Below, one piece after another: positions 41,354-55,939 of a DNA stretch of 64,000 bases. This stretch comes from the human T2T-CHM13v2.0 reference genome, Homo sapiens. Location: NCBI RefSeq assembly GCF_009914755.1, contig NC_060937.1. One strand, given 5' to 3'. The translations under genes and the position numbers were made by a program. How positions within the stretch are numbered: position 1 is the first letter of the stretch; each line of letters begins with the position of its first letter. The notes beneath the pieces were generated by a model. The model did not search any database, had not been told where the DNA came from, and saw only the letters and a list, made by a program, of their open reading frames with translations.

Positions 41354-41716
41354 TGATATGGTTTGCCTGTGACCCCACCCAAATCTCATCTTGAATTGTA
41401 GCTCCCATAATTTCCTCATGTTGTGGAAGGGACCCAGTGGGAGATAACTGAATCATGGGGGCAGTTTCCCCAATACTGTTCTCATGGTAGTGAATAAGTC
41501 TTGCGAGATCTGACGGTTTTATAAGGGGAAACCCCTTTCGCTTGGCTCTCATTCTTCTCTTGCCTGCCACCATGTGAGATGTGACTTTCACCTTCCATCA
41601 TGATTGTGAGGCCTCCCCATCCACCTGGAACTGTGAGTCCATTAAACCTCTTTTTCCTTATAAATTACCCTGTCTTGGGTATGTCTTTATCTGCAGTGTA
41701 AAAATGGACTAATACT
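41354..41716 (+). mobile_element. Solo THE1 LTR (THE1B/C-like)
   Basis: tgatatggtttg...aaaatggactaatac termini, about 360 bp. Confidence 0.9.
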
Positions 41717-41817
41717 CACTCACTCTAGTCAGTTATCAGTCATAAGACATTCCTAATCCTTGTGCATATTCTGTCACTGCGCTTACTTTCATTAATTTTT
41801 AAAATAATGATTTGCAT

Positions 41818-44062
41818 CTCAATAGATGCAGAAAAACTTTTATAAAGCCCAACATCTTTTTATGATCAAAGCTCTCAAACTAGGCATCAAAGGAGCATAC
41901 CTCAAAATTATAAGACAAGTCTATGACAAACCCACAGCCAACATCATACTGAATGGGCAAAAGCTGGAAGCACCTCCCTTAAGAACTAGAACAAGACAAG
42001 GATGCCTACTCTTAACCACTTCTATTCCACATAGTACTGCAAGTCCTAGCCAAAGCAATCAGGCAAGAGAAATAAATAAAAGGCACCAAAATAGGGAAAG
42101 AAGTCAAATTATCTCTCTTTGCTGACAATATGATTCTATACCTAGAAAATCCTCAACACTCCACCAAAGGCTCCTAGGACTGACAAACCACTTCAGTAAA
42201 GTTTCAAAATACAAAATCAATGCACATAAATTAGTAGCATTTCTATGCAGCAATAATGTTCAAGCTGAGAGCCAGATCAAGAGCACAAACCCATTTACAA
42301 TAGCCACAACAAAAATAAAATACCCAAGGGTACATCTAACCAAGGAGATGAAATATCTCTACAATGAGAACTACAAAACACTGTGGAAAGAAATAATGGA
42401 TAATACAAACAAATGGAAAAACATTCCCTGCTCATGGATTGGAGGAATCAATATCGTTAAAATAGGCATACTGCCCAAAGCAAGCTCCAGATTCAATGCT
42501 ATTCCTATCAAACTACCAAAGCCATTTTTCACAGAATTAGAAAAAATTATTCTAAAATTCATATGGAACCAAAAAAGAGCCCGAATAGCCAAAGCAATCC
42601 TAAGGAAAAAGAACAAAGAGCATAACCTTACCCAACTACAAACTGTACTACAAGGCCACAGTAACCAAAACAGCCTGATACTGATACAAAACAGACACAT
42701 AGACCAATGGAACAGAATAAAGAACCCAGAAATAAAGCCACACACTTACAATCAATTGATCTTCAACAAAGTTGACAAATATAAGCAATGGAGAAAGGAC
42801 TTCCTATTCAATAAATGGTGCTGGGATAATTGGCTATTCATATGCAGAAGAATGAAACTGGACTCCTACTTATCACCACATAGAAAAATTAACTCAAAAT
42901 AAATTAAATACTTAAACGTAAAATCTTAAACCATAAAGACCGTAGAATAAAACCTAGGAGCTACCCTCTAGACCTTGGCCTTGACAAAGAATTTATGACT
43001 AAATCCTCAAAAGCAATTGCAACAAAACCAAAATTTGACAAGTGGGACCTAATTAAACTAAAGAGCTTCTGGACATTAAAAGAAATTACCAATAGAATAA
43101 ACAGATAATCTACAGAATGGGAGAAAATATTTGCAAACTATGTATCCAACAGAAGTCTAATAATATCCAGAATCCATAAGAAACTTAAACAATTCAACAA
43201 GAAACAACAAATAACCCCATTAAAAAGTAGGCAAAAGACATGAACAGACAATTTCTCAAAAGACATACAAGCAGCCAGCAAACATATAAAAATATTCATC
43301 ATCAAAATCGAAACCACAATGAGATACCATCTCACACAGGTCAGAATAGCTATTATTAAAAAGTCAAAAAATAACAGATGTGGGCAAGGCTGCAGAGAAA
43401 AGAAAACCCTTATACGCTGTTGGTGGGAATGTACATTAGTTCAGCCACTATGGAAAGTAGTTTGGAGATTTCTCAAAGAACTCAAAACACAACCACCATT
43501 CAACCAAGCAATTCCATTACTGAATATATACCCAAGGAAAATAAATCATTCTACCAAAAAGACACTTGCACTCATATGTTCATCACAGCACTATTCACAA
43601 TAGCAAAGACATGAAATCAACCTAGGTTCCCATTGACGGTGGATTAGATAAAGAAAATGTGGGACATACACACCATGGAATATGATGCAGCCATTAAAAA
43701 AAGAATGAAGTCATGTCCTTTGCAGCAACATGGATGCAGCTGGAGGCCATTATCCTAAGAGAATTAACTCAGGAACAGAAAACCAATACTGCATGTTCTC
43801 ACTTACAAGTGGAAACTAAACAATGAGTACACACATATACAAAGATGGGAACAATAGAAACTTGGGACTATAGAAGGGGAGGAGGGAAAACGGAAAGGGT
43901 TGAAAAACTATCTATTGTGTACTATGATCACAACCTGGGTGATGGGATCAATGATACTCACAACCTCAGCAAGATTCAATATACCCATGGAACAAACTTG
44001 CACATGTACCCCCTGAATCTAAAATAAAAGTTGAAATTTTAAAAATAAATAAATACTAAAAT
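41818..44062 (+). mobile_element. 5'-truncated L1PA (L1PA15/16-like) inserted in an L2 3' end
   Basis: ORF2 fragments 41826-42125, 42348-42902 and 43319-43603, then 3' UTR and A tail. TSD aaaataatgatttgcat/aaaataatgatctgtat. The L2 tail resumes at 44080-44200. Confidence 0.9.
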
Positions 44063-44278
44063 AAAATAATGATCTGTATTTACCTATTTCCTTCAGTAGA
44101 CCGTGAGCTCTGCGAAGGCTGGGACAGCGTTTTGTTCATTTTTGCATCCCTACAACTTGGGTCCCAGCACAGTGGTGTCAATAAATATTTGTTGATGAGA
44201 AGAATAAAAATATACAGGACAGTGTTTGAAACCTGGGGATAATCTTGATTCATAGGCAGGGAGTAAGAAGTTCTACTT

Positions 44279-44468
44279 GACACCGGGGACTCTTGTGGGG
44301 CAGGGGCGGGGAGGGATAGCATTAGGAGAGATATCTAATGCTAAATGACGAGTTAATGGGTGCAGCACACCAACATGGCACATGTATACATATGTAACAA
44401 ACCTGCACGTTGTGCACATGTACCCTAAAACTTAAAGTATAATAATAATAAAAAAAATTTTTTTTTAA
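44279..44468 (+). mobile_element. 190-bp 3' fragment of a younger L1PA (L1PA4-like)
   Basis: L1 3' UTR G-rich tract through poly-A. Perfect TSD aagttctactt at 44268-44278 and 44469-44479. Confidence 0.9.
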
Positions 44469-44659
44469 AAGTTCTACTTCATACTATGCAATTCAGCAGA
44501 AATTCAGGCTTCCCTGCAGTGCAATCTGACCTCAGACTTCCATTAAGTAACTAAACTTTATATTGTCCTAACACCTTTAGCCTCAAAACTCAATAATCAC
44601 ATTTTCTTCAACTTTTAGGAGTGGTCTTGCTCTTATCTTCCTTAGGTCCTCCCTTCATA

Positions 44660-45080
44660 TTTACTCATTTATTCAACGTGTGCTCATCAGATATTTATTA
44701 AGTGGTTACTATGTCCCAGGCACCATTCTAGGCACTGGGGATACATCGATGAGGGGGAAAAAAAAAAAAAGACAAGAATACCTGCTCTCATGGAGCTTTT
44801 GGAAAAAAGAAAAAGTACACTGGGAATTCTGCTTGTGGTCAGAATGCAGTTTTAAATCAGATGGTGAAGATATACCTCAATGCAGAGATGAAATTTCAGC
44901 AAATACTTGAAGAGAATGAGGGAATACGTCAAGCAGCTAGGGGGAAGGAGTCCTAAATAAAGGGACCAGCTAATACCAGCACTCGAAGGTTGGAGCAAGC
45001 ATGTGTGTTCAAGAAACTTCTGTGGTTGAAGCAGAATCAAGTAATGGGAGATAATGCTAGTAGATGATGCAGAGACAAAA
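44660..45080 (-). mobile_element. L2 fragment
   Basis: 'cagatatttattaagtggttactatgtcccaggcaccattctaggcactggggatac'. Confidence 0.75.
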
Positions 45081-45327
45081 GTCCAGCCCCTGAGCTCTAG
45101 TTTCATCCTTGGTTGTCTCTACGGGGCATTGTCATCAGAAGTGCCAGGGATTCGGGACCAGAAAGAGGTGCCTTGGAATTTCTTCTCTACCTCTCACCAG
45201 CTCTATAGTTTGGGGAAGCAATTCCCTCTGTTCTGCCTAGGAAGCACTTTATGCAGGTTATCTCAATGAGTCTTGGAAATGCTCCATCAAGTAGGGGCAA
45301 GTATTCCCATTTTACAAGTTGGAAACT

Positions 45328-45690
45328 GGCCAGGTGCAAACTGGCCAGGTGTGGTGGTTCACACCTGTAATCCCAGCACTTTGGGAGGCTGAAGCAGGTG
45401 TATCACCTGAGGTCAGGAGTTTGAGACCAGCCTGGCCAACATGGTGAAACCCCATCTCTACTAAAAAAAAAAAAAAAGAAAAAGAAAAATACAAAAATTA
45501 GCTGGTCATGGTGGCGGGCACTCTTAGTTCCAGCTACTCAGGAGGCTGAAGCAGGAGAATCACTTGAAGCCAGGAAACCGAGGTTGCAGTGAGCTGAGAT
45601 CACACCACTGCCCTCCAGCCTGGGTGACAGAGCAAGACTCCATCTCAAAAAAAATTAAATTAAATTTTTAAAATATATAAATAAAAATAA
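45328..45690 (+). mobile_element. AluS inserted in an antisense MIR; duplicated 5' junction and expanded middle A-linker
   Basis: TSD aagttggaaact/aagttgaaaact. MIR pieces at about 45235-45327 and 45691-45815. Confidence 0.9.
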
Positions 45691-46734
45691 AAGTTGAAAA
45701 CTGAAGTTTAGAGGGTTAGAGAGGATTTAGTAACTTGCTCAGAACTGTCAGAAATGACAGAATCAGGATGGGAACTCTGGTGACTTGATTCCAAAGGCTG
45801 TGTCCTTCCTCCCTACTTCACATGGGATAGCTCAATGTGTGTCCAGAGTCTGGCACGTACTAAATGTTCAGTAAATGTAATTCTTTCTTTCCATTACCTT
45901 GACTGAGTTCTCTGAAGTTGTCTGCTTCCTTGGCCAGATCTCTGAGTGCTGCCTGCTCTGAGGATCCCCATTTCCCACGAGGATGCCTTCATTTCCCAAA
46001 ACAGAAGTTCTCATTCAACAGTGTTGAATGCCTGGCCATTGCCATTGCTATGTGACCTTGGGCAAGTCATGTCACCTCACTTGTAAACCCGGCTTGGTAT
46101 TCTCTGCTTGCTCCAATGGGGGACATATAGGACAGAAGCCATGTAAAGCATCTCACACAGAGCTTCCCAACTCAATGACTAGTCGTTGCTACTATTGTGT
46201 TCTTCTGGAACTTGCTTTCTTTGCCTTCTTGGCTGGCTTTTCACCAACAGTTGAGCCAGCCTCACTTCAAAGGTGGATGGGATTATGGGTTCTGACCCCT
46301 TGTAGTCTCCTCAGAAGATTTTTCCATTGCTGGCCATGTTAACAGATGTCATAAATACATCTAATTTTTAAACAAGCACATCTAATACTTTTAATGTTTT
46401 AGCTACAGATGTGAATAAAGGGCAGATAGCTCTGCTGAGGTCAACTTGGACTGTCTGTTCATGTACTTATGGTTTTGCTAGAATCCATATACTGGAAAGA
46501 AACATTAGCTAATTTTTACATTTTAAAACACTTTCTCTATTTAGAAAGATTGATATAAACAGGGTTGTGGTGTTACACAGCTCTAGGAGGTATCATGCAC
46601 ATGTTTGTACCTGTGGAGCTGTGCAATGGTTGACCCTAGGAACAAAGAAACACATGCTGGACACCTGTCCCCGGCTGCCATGAGTGTTGGCTGCTAAGCA
46701 CTCAGTTGCCCCCTCTGGAGAATCATTCTCAGCT

Positions 46735-47890
<1,156 letters not shown>

Positions 47891-49168
47891 AGGAATTGTC
47901 CTCAGCCAAACAGACCCTCAGCCAGACCCAGAGGCTAACAGGAGGACAAGACAAGTTAATGACCAGAAACATTTGGTGAAAGTTAGCAGTTATCTTTATT
48001 GCTACTAGTGATGTTTGATGACTGGCTGACCTGGGACATCAAACTATGGCTTCTGATCCTAACTCGGGACTCTTCCACTCTATGACACATCTATCTAATC
48101 CAGCTCAATCTCAACTCTACGATTTAGATCCACCTACCCTCAAAACCAAAATTCAAATCTATCTTCCCAAGCTGGCATTCTTTCCAGGTTGAACAAAAGT
48201 TATGAGTCATGGGGAAAGGAGTCCAAGAAGAGGCTCAGGTTTCCAAATCTAAATCTCAGAAAAATAGAAGCAAAATGTATTTCTTAAAGAACCCACATCC
48301 CAGCCCTGAAAAATTTTGATTTTCAACACTCAAAACATAACCTATTCAGACAACTATATTGGGCTGAGTATATTGCAGCTGTGATAAATTCCACATGATT
48401 TAATATAATTTTAAATAATTCACATTCTCAACTATGTCAGTAAATCTAAAGATGCAACAGCACTGTAGCAAAAATGCATCTTTTTGTATAAATATGTCTT
48501 TGTTTCCTCAAAAGAAGGCTCACAAAAGGATTTAACTCAGAACTACTTGAACTGATTTAATTCAACTATTTGAATGCCTCAATTTTCAGCAAATTGGCTG
48601 TGTTCTATATAAATCAACTAATGGTATTAAAAGATATTAAACAATGATAATGCTTATTAGAGGCATAATCCTATCTCAGGCGAATTCTCTTGGAGGTTAA
48701 TATGGGAGATATATTTCCTTTCTCTAAAGATAACAGCAAATGCTCAGATTTTCAGTCATTGAACCAAAAGAATATTAGAGCCCCACCTGGTGGATCTGAT
48801 GCTTATTCAGCGTACAAAATAAAATTTTTCACTAAGCCATTACTGAGTACCGTGCTATAACTGCTTTCAGAATGTAGCAGTTAATCTGTTTCTTCATTTT
48901 ACATTTTGGTGTCTATTTCCTTCTGCTTGAATGGCTGGACTTCATCCTCCAGCATTTATCCACCCCTCTCTTTCTCTAAAAACAGCCTTCATCTAGACAT
49001 GGATTAACACAGTTGTGTTTAATATATAGAAAATTACATTTCAAAAGATTCTATTTTAACAAAGTTGACAGATAACCTAATCACAATTATATCACAACAT
49101 AAATTATATATTATAGTATATGTGATATGCATATATCGCAAGTTACTAAATTGTATAATATTAAAATA

Positions 49169-49671
49169 CGGTCACACATTGCTTAATGAGAATGATATGT
49201 CCAGAGAAATGCATCTGTCTCCTCCGCATCTTGTCCCACTGGAAGGTCTTCAGGGGCGATAACATGCACAGAGCTGTCATCTAAGATAACACTGCCTTCT
49301 TTTGGAATACCTCTTCAAGGACCTGCCTGAGGCTGTTTTACAGTAACTTATTCATAAAATAAGTAGAAGAGTAATGTTATAAAATACTGATGTAAAAGTA
49401 TAGTAAATACATACATCAGTAACATAGTCATTTATTATCAGTATTATACACTATACATAATCATATGTGCTAGACTTTTATACAACTGGTAGTACAGTAG
49501 GTTACATCAACATCACCATAAACACATGAGTAATGCATTGTGCTAACAAGTTACAATGGCTACAATATCAGTGGGCCATAGGAATTTTTCAGCTCAATTA
49601 TAATCTTATGGCCTCACCACCATCTACATAATTCACTGTTCACCAAAATGTCATTATGTAGCACATGACTG
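49169..49671 (+). mobile_element. Tigger3/MER7-type internally deleted DNA transposon
   Basis: Degenerate TIRs cggtcacacattgcttaatga and tcattatgtagcacatgactg, flanked by TA on both sides. Confidence 0.85.
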
Positions 49672-52600
49672 TATATATTAAACTTTATATATAACTTATA
49701 AGATATACTCTCAAACACAGACAAGTTTTAGGAATAGAGTAATAACAGCCTTTATTTTCTCAACCAAGATGAGGCTGTCTACTAAGATATGAGGAGTGGT
49801 GGTTGGTCACGAGACTGGAATAGTTACTGAGAATGGGAGACAGAAATAGCTACTCTAGGAAAAGTAAAAGCAAGTCTCAAATGAGATATGCTTTCAATAA
49901 TCTGGGGACAGAATCAGAAAAATTACCTCCACACAAAAGGACAAAGGAAGGTATTACATAATGATAAAGGGTTCAATTCAACAGGAAGACTTAACTATCC
50001 TAAATATATATGCACCCAACATTAGAACACCAAGATTCATAAAACAAGTACTTCCAGACTTATGAAACAACTTAGACAATCACACAATAAGAGTGGGGGA
50101 CTTCAACACCCCACTGACAGTGTTAGGTCATCAAGGCAGAAAACTAACAAAAGAAACTCTGGACTTAAATTTAACACTAGACCAGCTGGACCTAAAAGAT
50201 ATCTACAGAATGCCCCACCCGTCAACCACAGAATATACATTCTTCTCATTTGCACACAGAACCTAATTCAAGATCAATCCCACTCTCAGCCGTAAAGCAA
50301 GTCTCAATAAATTAAAAAATATAGAAATTATACCAACCATTCTCTTGGACCACAATGGAGTAAAAATAGAAATCAGTACAAAGAAGATCTCTCAAAACCA
50401 TAAAATTACATGGAAATTAAACAACTTGCTTCTGGATGACATTTGGGTAAATAACACAGGAATCAAAAACGTATTGGAAATAAATGAAAACAGAGATAGA
50501 AAATACCAAAATCTCTGGGATACAGCAAAAGGAAAGTTTATAGTACTAAATGCCTACCTCAAAAAGTTAAAAAAAAGACCTCAAATTAATGATTTAACAT
50601 TAGACCTAGAGGAACTAGAAAAACAAGAACAAAATAACCCCAAAGCAATTAAAAGAAAAGAAATAATTAAAATCAGAGCAGAATGGATGAGATTAAGACC
50701 CAAACATCCATACAAAGAATGAACAAAACAAAAAGTGGTTTTTTGAAAGGATAGACAAGATCAATAGACTGCCAGCTAGATTAACAAAGAAAAAAAGAAG
50801 ATCTAAATAAGCACAATCAGAAACAACAAGGTGACATTTTAACCAACTCCACAGAAATACAAAAGATCCTCAGAGGCTACTACAAACAACTCTATACACA
50901 CAAACTAGAAAATCCAGAAGAAACTGATAAATTCCTGGAAACACACTCTCCCAAGATTAAATCAGAGAGAAAATGAAACCCTGAACAGACCAATATCAAG
51001 TTCTGAAATTGTATCAGTAATAAAAACCTGCCAACCAAAAAAGCCTAAGACCAGATAGATTCACAGTTGAATTCTACCAGATATACAAAGAAGAGTAGGC
51101 ATTAATTCTACTGAAACTATTCTAAAAAATTGAGGAGGAGGGACTCCTCTCTAACTCATTCTACAAAGCACCTGATACCAACACCTGGCAAAAACACAAT
51201 AAAAACAAGAAAACTACAGGCTGATATCCCTGATGAACATAGATGCAAAGATCCTCAACAAAATACTAGCAAACCAAATCCAGCAGCACGTCAAAGACTT
51301 AATTCACCATGATCAAGTAGGCTTCACTCCTGGAAGGCAAGGTTGGGTCAACATACACAAATCAATAAATGTGATTGACCACATAAAGAAAATTAAAAAC
51401 AAAAACCATATGATCACCTCAATACACACGCAAAAGGCTTTTGATAAAAATCCAACATCCCTTCATGATCAAAACCCTCAACAAACTAGGCATCAAAGGA
51501 ACATACCCCAAAATTATAAGAGCCATCTATGATAAACTCACAGCCAACATCATACTGAACACGCAAAAGATGAAAGCATTTCCCTGGAAAACTGGAAAAA
51601 GACAAGAATGCCCGTTCTTGCCACTCCAATTCCACATAGTACTAGAAGTCCTAGCCAGGGCAATCAGGCAAGAGAAGAAATAAAAGCAATCGATATAGGA
51701 AAAGAAGTCAAACTATCTCTCTTTATTGACAATATGATTCTATACCTAGAAAACCCTAAAGACTCTACCAAAAGACACCTAGAACTGATAAATAGCTTTA
51801 GCAGTTTCAAGCTACAAAATCAACGCACAAAAATCAGTAGCATTTCTATACGCTAATAATGTTCAAGCTCAGAGCCAAATAAAGAACATAATCCCATTTG
51901 CAATAGCCACACACACAAAAAATACTAGGAATACCAAAACTACTAGGAATCACCAAGGAAGTGAAAGATCAACGTTACTGAAAGAAATTATAGATAATAC
52001 GAACAAATGAAAAAACGTTCCATACTAATGGATTGGAAGAATCAATATCATTAAAATGGCCAACTGCCCAAAGCAATCTACAGATTCAATGCTATTCCTA
52101 TCAAACCACTAATGTCATTTTTCACTGAAATAGAAAAAACATTCTAAAATTCTTATAGCAAAAAAATAGCCTAAATAGACAAAGCAATCCTAAACAAACT
52201 GAACAAAGCCAGAGGCAGCACATTACCTGACTTCAAACTATAGTAAAAGATTATAGTAATCAAAACAGCATGGTATTGGTACAAAAACAGACACATAGAC
52301 CAATGGAACAGAATAAAGAACCCAGAAATAAAGCCACACACATACAGCTATGTGATCTTTGACAAAGTTGACAAAAATAAGCAATGGGGAAGGGACTCCC
52401 AATGGCTGCTGTGATAGCTAGCCATATGAGGAAGAATGAAACTGGACCCCTATATTTCACCACATACAAAAATTAAATCAAGATGGCTGCTGGGATAGCC
52501 AGCCATATGAGGAAGAATGAAACTGGACCCCTGTATTTCACCATATACAAAAATTAAATCAAGATGGATTAAAGACTTAAATGTAAGACTTCAAACTATA

Positions 52601-52890
52601 AGAATTCTGAAAGAAAATCTCAGAAACATTGTTCTGGACATCAGCTTTGGGAAAGAATTTATAGCTAAGTCCCCTAAAGCAATTGCAACTAAAACAAAAA
52701 TGGACAAGTGGGATCTAATTAAACTAAAGAGCTTCTGCATAGCAAAAGAAGCTATCAACAGAGTAAACAGACAACCTACAGAATGGGAGAAAATATTTGC
52801 AAGTTATGCATCCAACAAAGGTCTAATATCCAGAATCTATCAGAAACACAAACAATTTGACAAGAAACAAAAAAACAAATAGCCCTATTA

Positions 52891-53080
<190 letters not shown>

Positions 53081-53535
53081 GAAGCAAAAGACAGAAACAG
53101 ACACTTCTCAAAAGAAGACATAAAAGGGCCAAACAAATATATGAAAAAACACTCATCATTACTAATCATCAGAGAAATGCAAATCAAAACCTCTGTGAGA
53201 TACCATCTCACACCAGTCTAAACGGCTATTAATAAAAAGTCAAAAAACAACAGCTGCTGGTGAGGCTATGGAGAAAAGGGAACTCATACACTCTTGGTGG
53301 GAATGTAAATAGTTCAGCCACTGTAGAAAGGAGTTTGGAGATTTCTCAAAGAACTTCAAACAGAACTACCATTCCACCCAGCAATTCCATTACTGGGTAT
53401 ATATCCAAAAGAAAAGAAATCATTCTACCAAAAAGACACATGCACTCATAAGTTCATCACAGCACTACTCACAATAGCAAAGACATGGAACCAACCTAGG
53501 TGCCCACCGATAGTGGATTAGATCAAGAAAATATG

Positions 53536-53856
53536 GGCTTGGTGCAATGGCTCATGCCTGTAATCCCAGCACTTTGTGGGGGCCGAGGTGGGCAGATCAC
53601 TTAAGGCTAGGAGTTCAAGACCAGCCTGGCCAATATGGTGAAACCCCATCTCTACTAAAACTACAAAAATTAGCTGGGCATGGGCGGTGCACGACTGTAG
53701 TCCCAACTACTCAGAAGGTTGAGGCAGGAGAATCACTTGAACCCAGAAGCCACAGGTTGCAGTAAGCCGAGATCCCACCACTGCACTCCAGCCTGGGCGA
53801 TGGAGCAAGATTCTGTCTCAACAAAATAAATAAAAAAAAAAAGAAAGGACGAAGGA
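53536..53856 (+). mobile_element. AluS
   Basis: TSD aagaaaatatg/aagaaaatgtg. Confidence 0.92.
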
Positions 53857-54614
53857 AAGAAAATGTGGTATATATACACCATGGAATACTACGTGGCCAT
53901 AAAAAAGAACAAAGTCATGTTCTTTGCACCAACATGACTTTTTTGCAGCTGTAAGCCATTATCCTAAGCCAATTAATGCAGGAACAGAAAACCAAATACA
54001 GCATGTTCTCATTTATAAGTGGAAACTGAACATTGGGTACTCATAGACATAAAGACAGCAACAATAGACACTGGAAACTACTAGAGTGGGGAGAAGGGAG
54101 GAGGACCAGGGTAGATAAACTGCCTATTGGGTACTATGTTCACTACCTGGGGGATGGAATCATTAGTACCCCAGACTTCAGCATCACACACTGTACCCAC
54201 ATGACAAACCTGCACATGTGTCCCTGAATCTAAAATAAAAATTGAAAGTAATTTTTAAAAATTTAATTCTTTTCCACTTACAGATTTTTATTATCACATA
54301 ACTTGAACAATAAAAATCTGATGTTTTAATTTTTTTTTTTAAAAAAGGAAAATTAGCTCTAGAATTTGAAATGTGTAAGAATCAACCTAGTAGGGATAAG
54401 ATTGGCCATGTGTAGATATCTTCTCCAAAAGTGGCTTACTTTTAATTTCCATTCTAAATGTGTTCCTGATGAGGCCAGGGCATATTCTAAAATCTGATTG
54501 GTAAAAATAATCTAAAATGGAAGCAAATAAGACAAACGGAAGTGATTAGCGTGACTTGCTCATGATACAGTAATGTAGAGTAACAAGTTAGGGGTCACTA
54601 ATGAAAAAAGGAAG

Positions 54615-55088
54615 TTGCTAATTGCCTTCCCAACATCCATTTCCCACTCATTCCTTCCTGGCTAAACCCCAAAGTTGTTCAGTATAGCAATCTGCCCTGT
54701 TAAAATATTTTGACTCTCACCTTCCTTGCAGCTACGGGTGGCTAAGCAAACCAGCTCAGCCAATGAGATGCAGGTTGAAATCCCTGAGGAGGGCTTCCAG
54801 AATGAAAAGGTAAAACCTCTGCTTAAGGGTTGTGACCCCTTGTCATGGGCCTTCCCCTTCACCTTTCTTCCTTCCTAGAGGGAAGACATGATGCCAGAAG
54901 GTACACACAGCAGCCATTTTCACCCACGAGGATGAAAGCCAAATGCTAAGAGTGTTGGAGAAGGAGGACTCTGGTTCCTTACTGAGGATTTTGAGCTTGG
55001 TTCTGGCTTTTTGTAACAGGAGAAAATAAGCCCCTTCCTTGTTTAAGACATAGTCTTTACTAATATCTAAAGGTAATCCTAACTGAGA
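54615..55088 (+). mobile_element. Old MaLR LTR (MLT1J/K-like)
   Basis: 'ccttccttgcagcta...gccaatgagatg...gcagccattt...gaggatgaaagccaaatgctaag'. Confidence 0.7.
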
Positions 55089-55603
55089 ATAGGATTAAAG
55101 TCTATCTATGTAGCAAAAGGTAATTCAACATCGCATTCTGAAAAAAGAAAAGAAGAAAATGAAAGAACGACTTTAAAACAGTTACTGAGAATATAAAGCT
55201 ATAAAAAATACCATCTCTATTTTGAAATCACACTCACAATCAAGTGAAAAAGACAGATTCATATAGAGATGATTTCAATGTATATGTTTAAGCTACGAAA
55301 AAGGATGTGAATTTCATGAAGGCCAACAAGAAATAGAGATGTTGAAAGAAAACAGAGAGAAAGGATAATTCTCAAAGCCAGGCATGTGGAGAATTTAGGA
55401 CTGATTTGTCAAAAGTTCCCAGGGAGACAGCGCAATCTGATTTTTTTAAAAAAACAAAATATATCCACTTGATTTAAAGGCCAAATTGCTATTTTGCAGC
55501 CTTGGTGATTACAATTTCAGTGGTTAAGGAGGAGGGCAGATGTCAAATTGCAGTAAGTTTGGGGAGTAGATTGGAGGTGCATACACACCACCTTTATAAC
55601 CTA

Positions 55604-55939
<336 letters not shown>

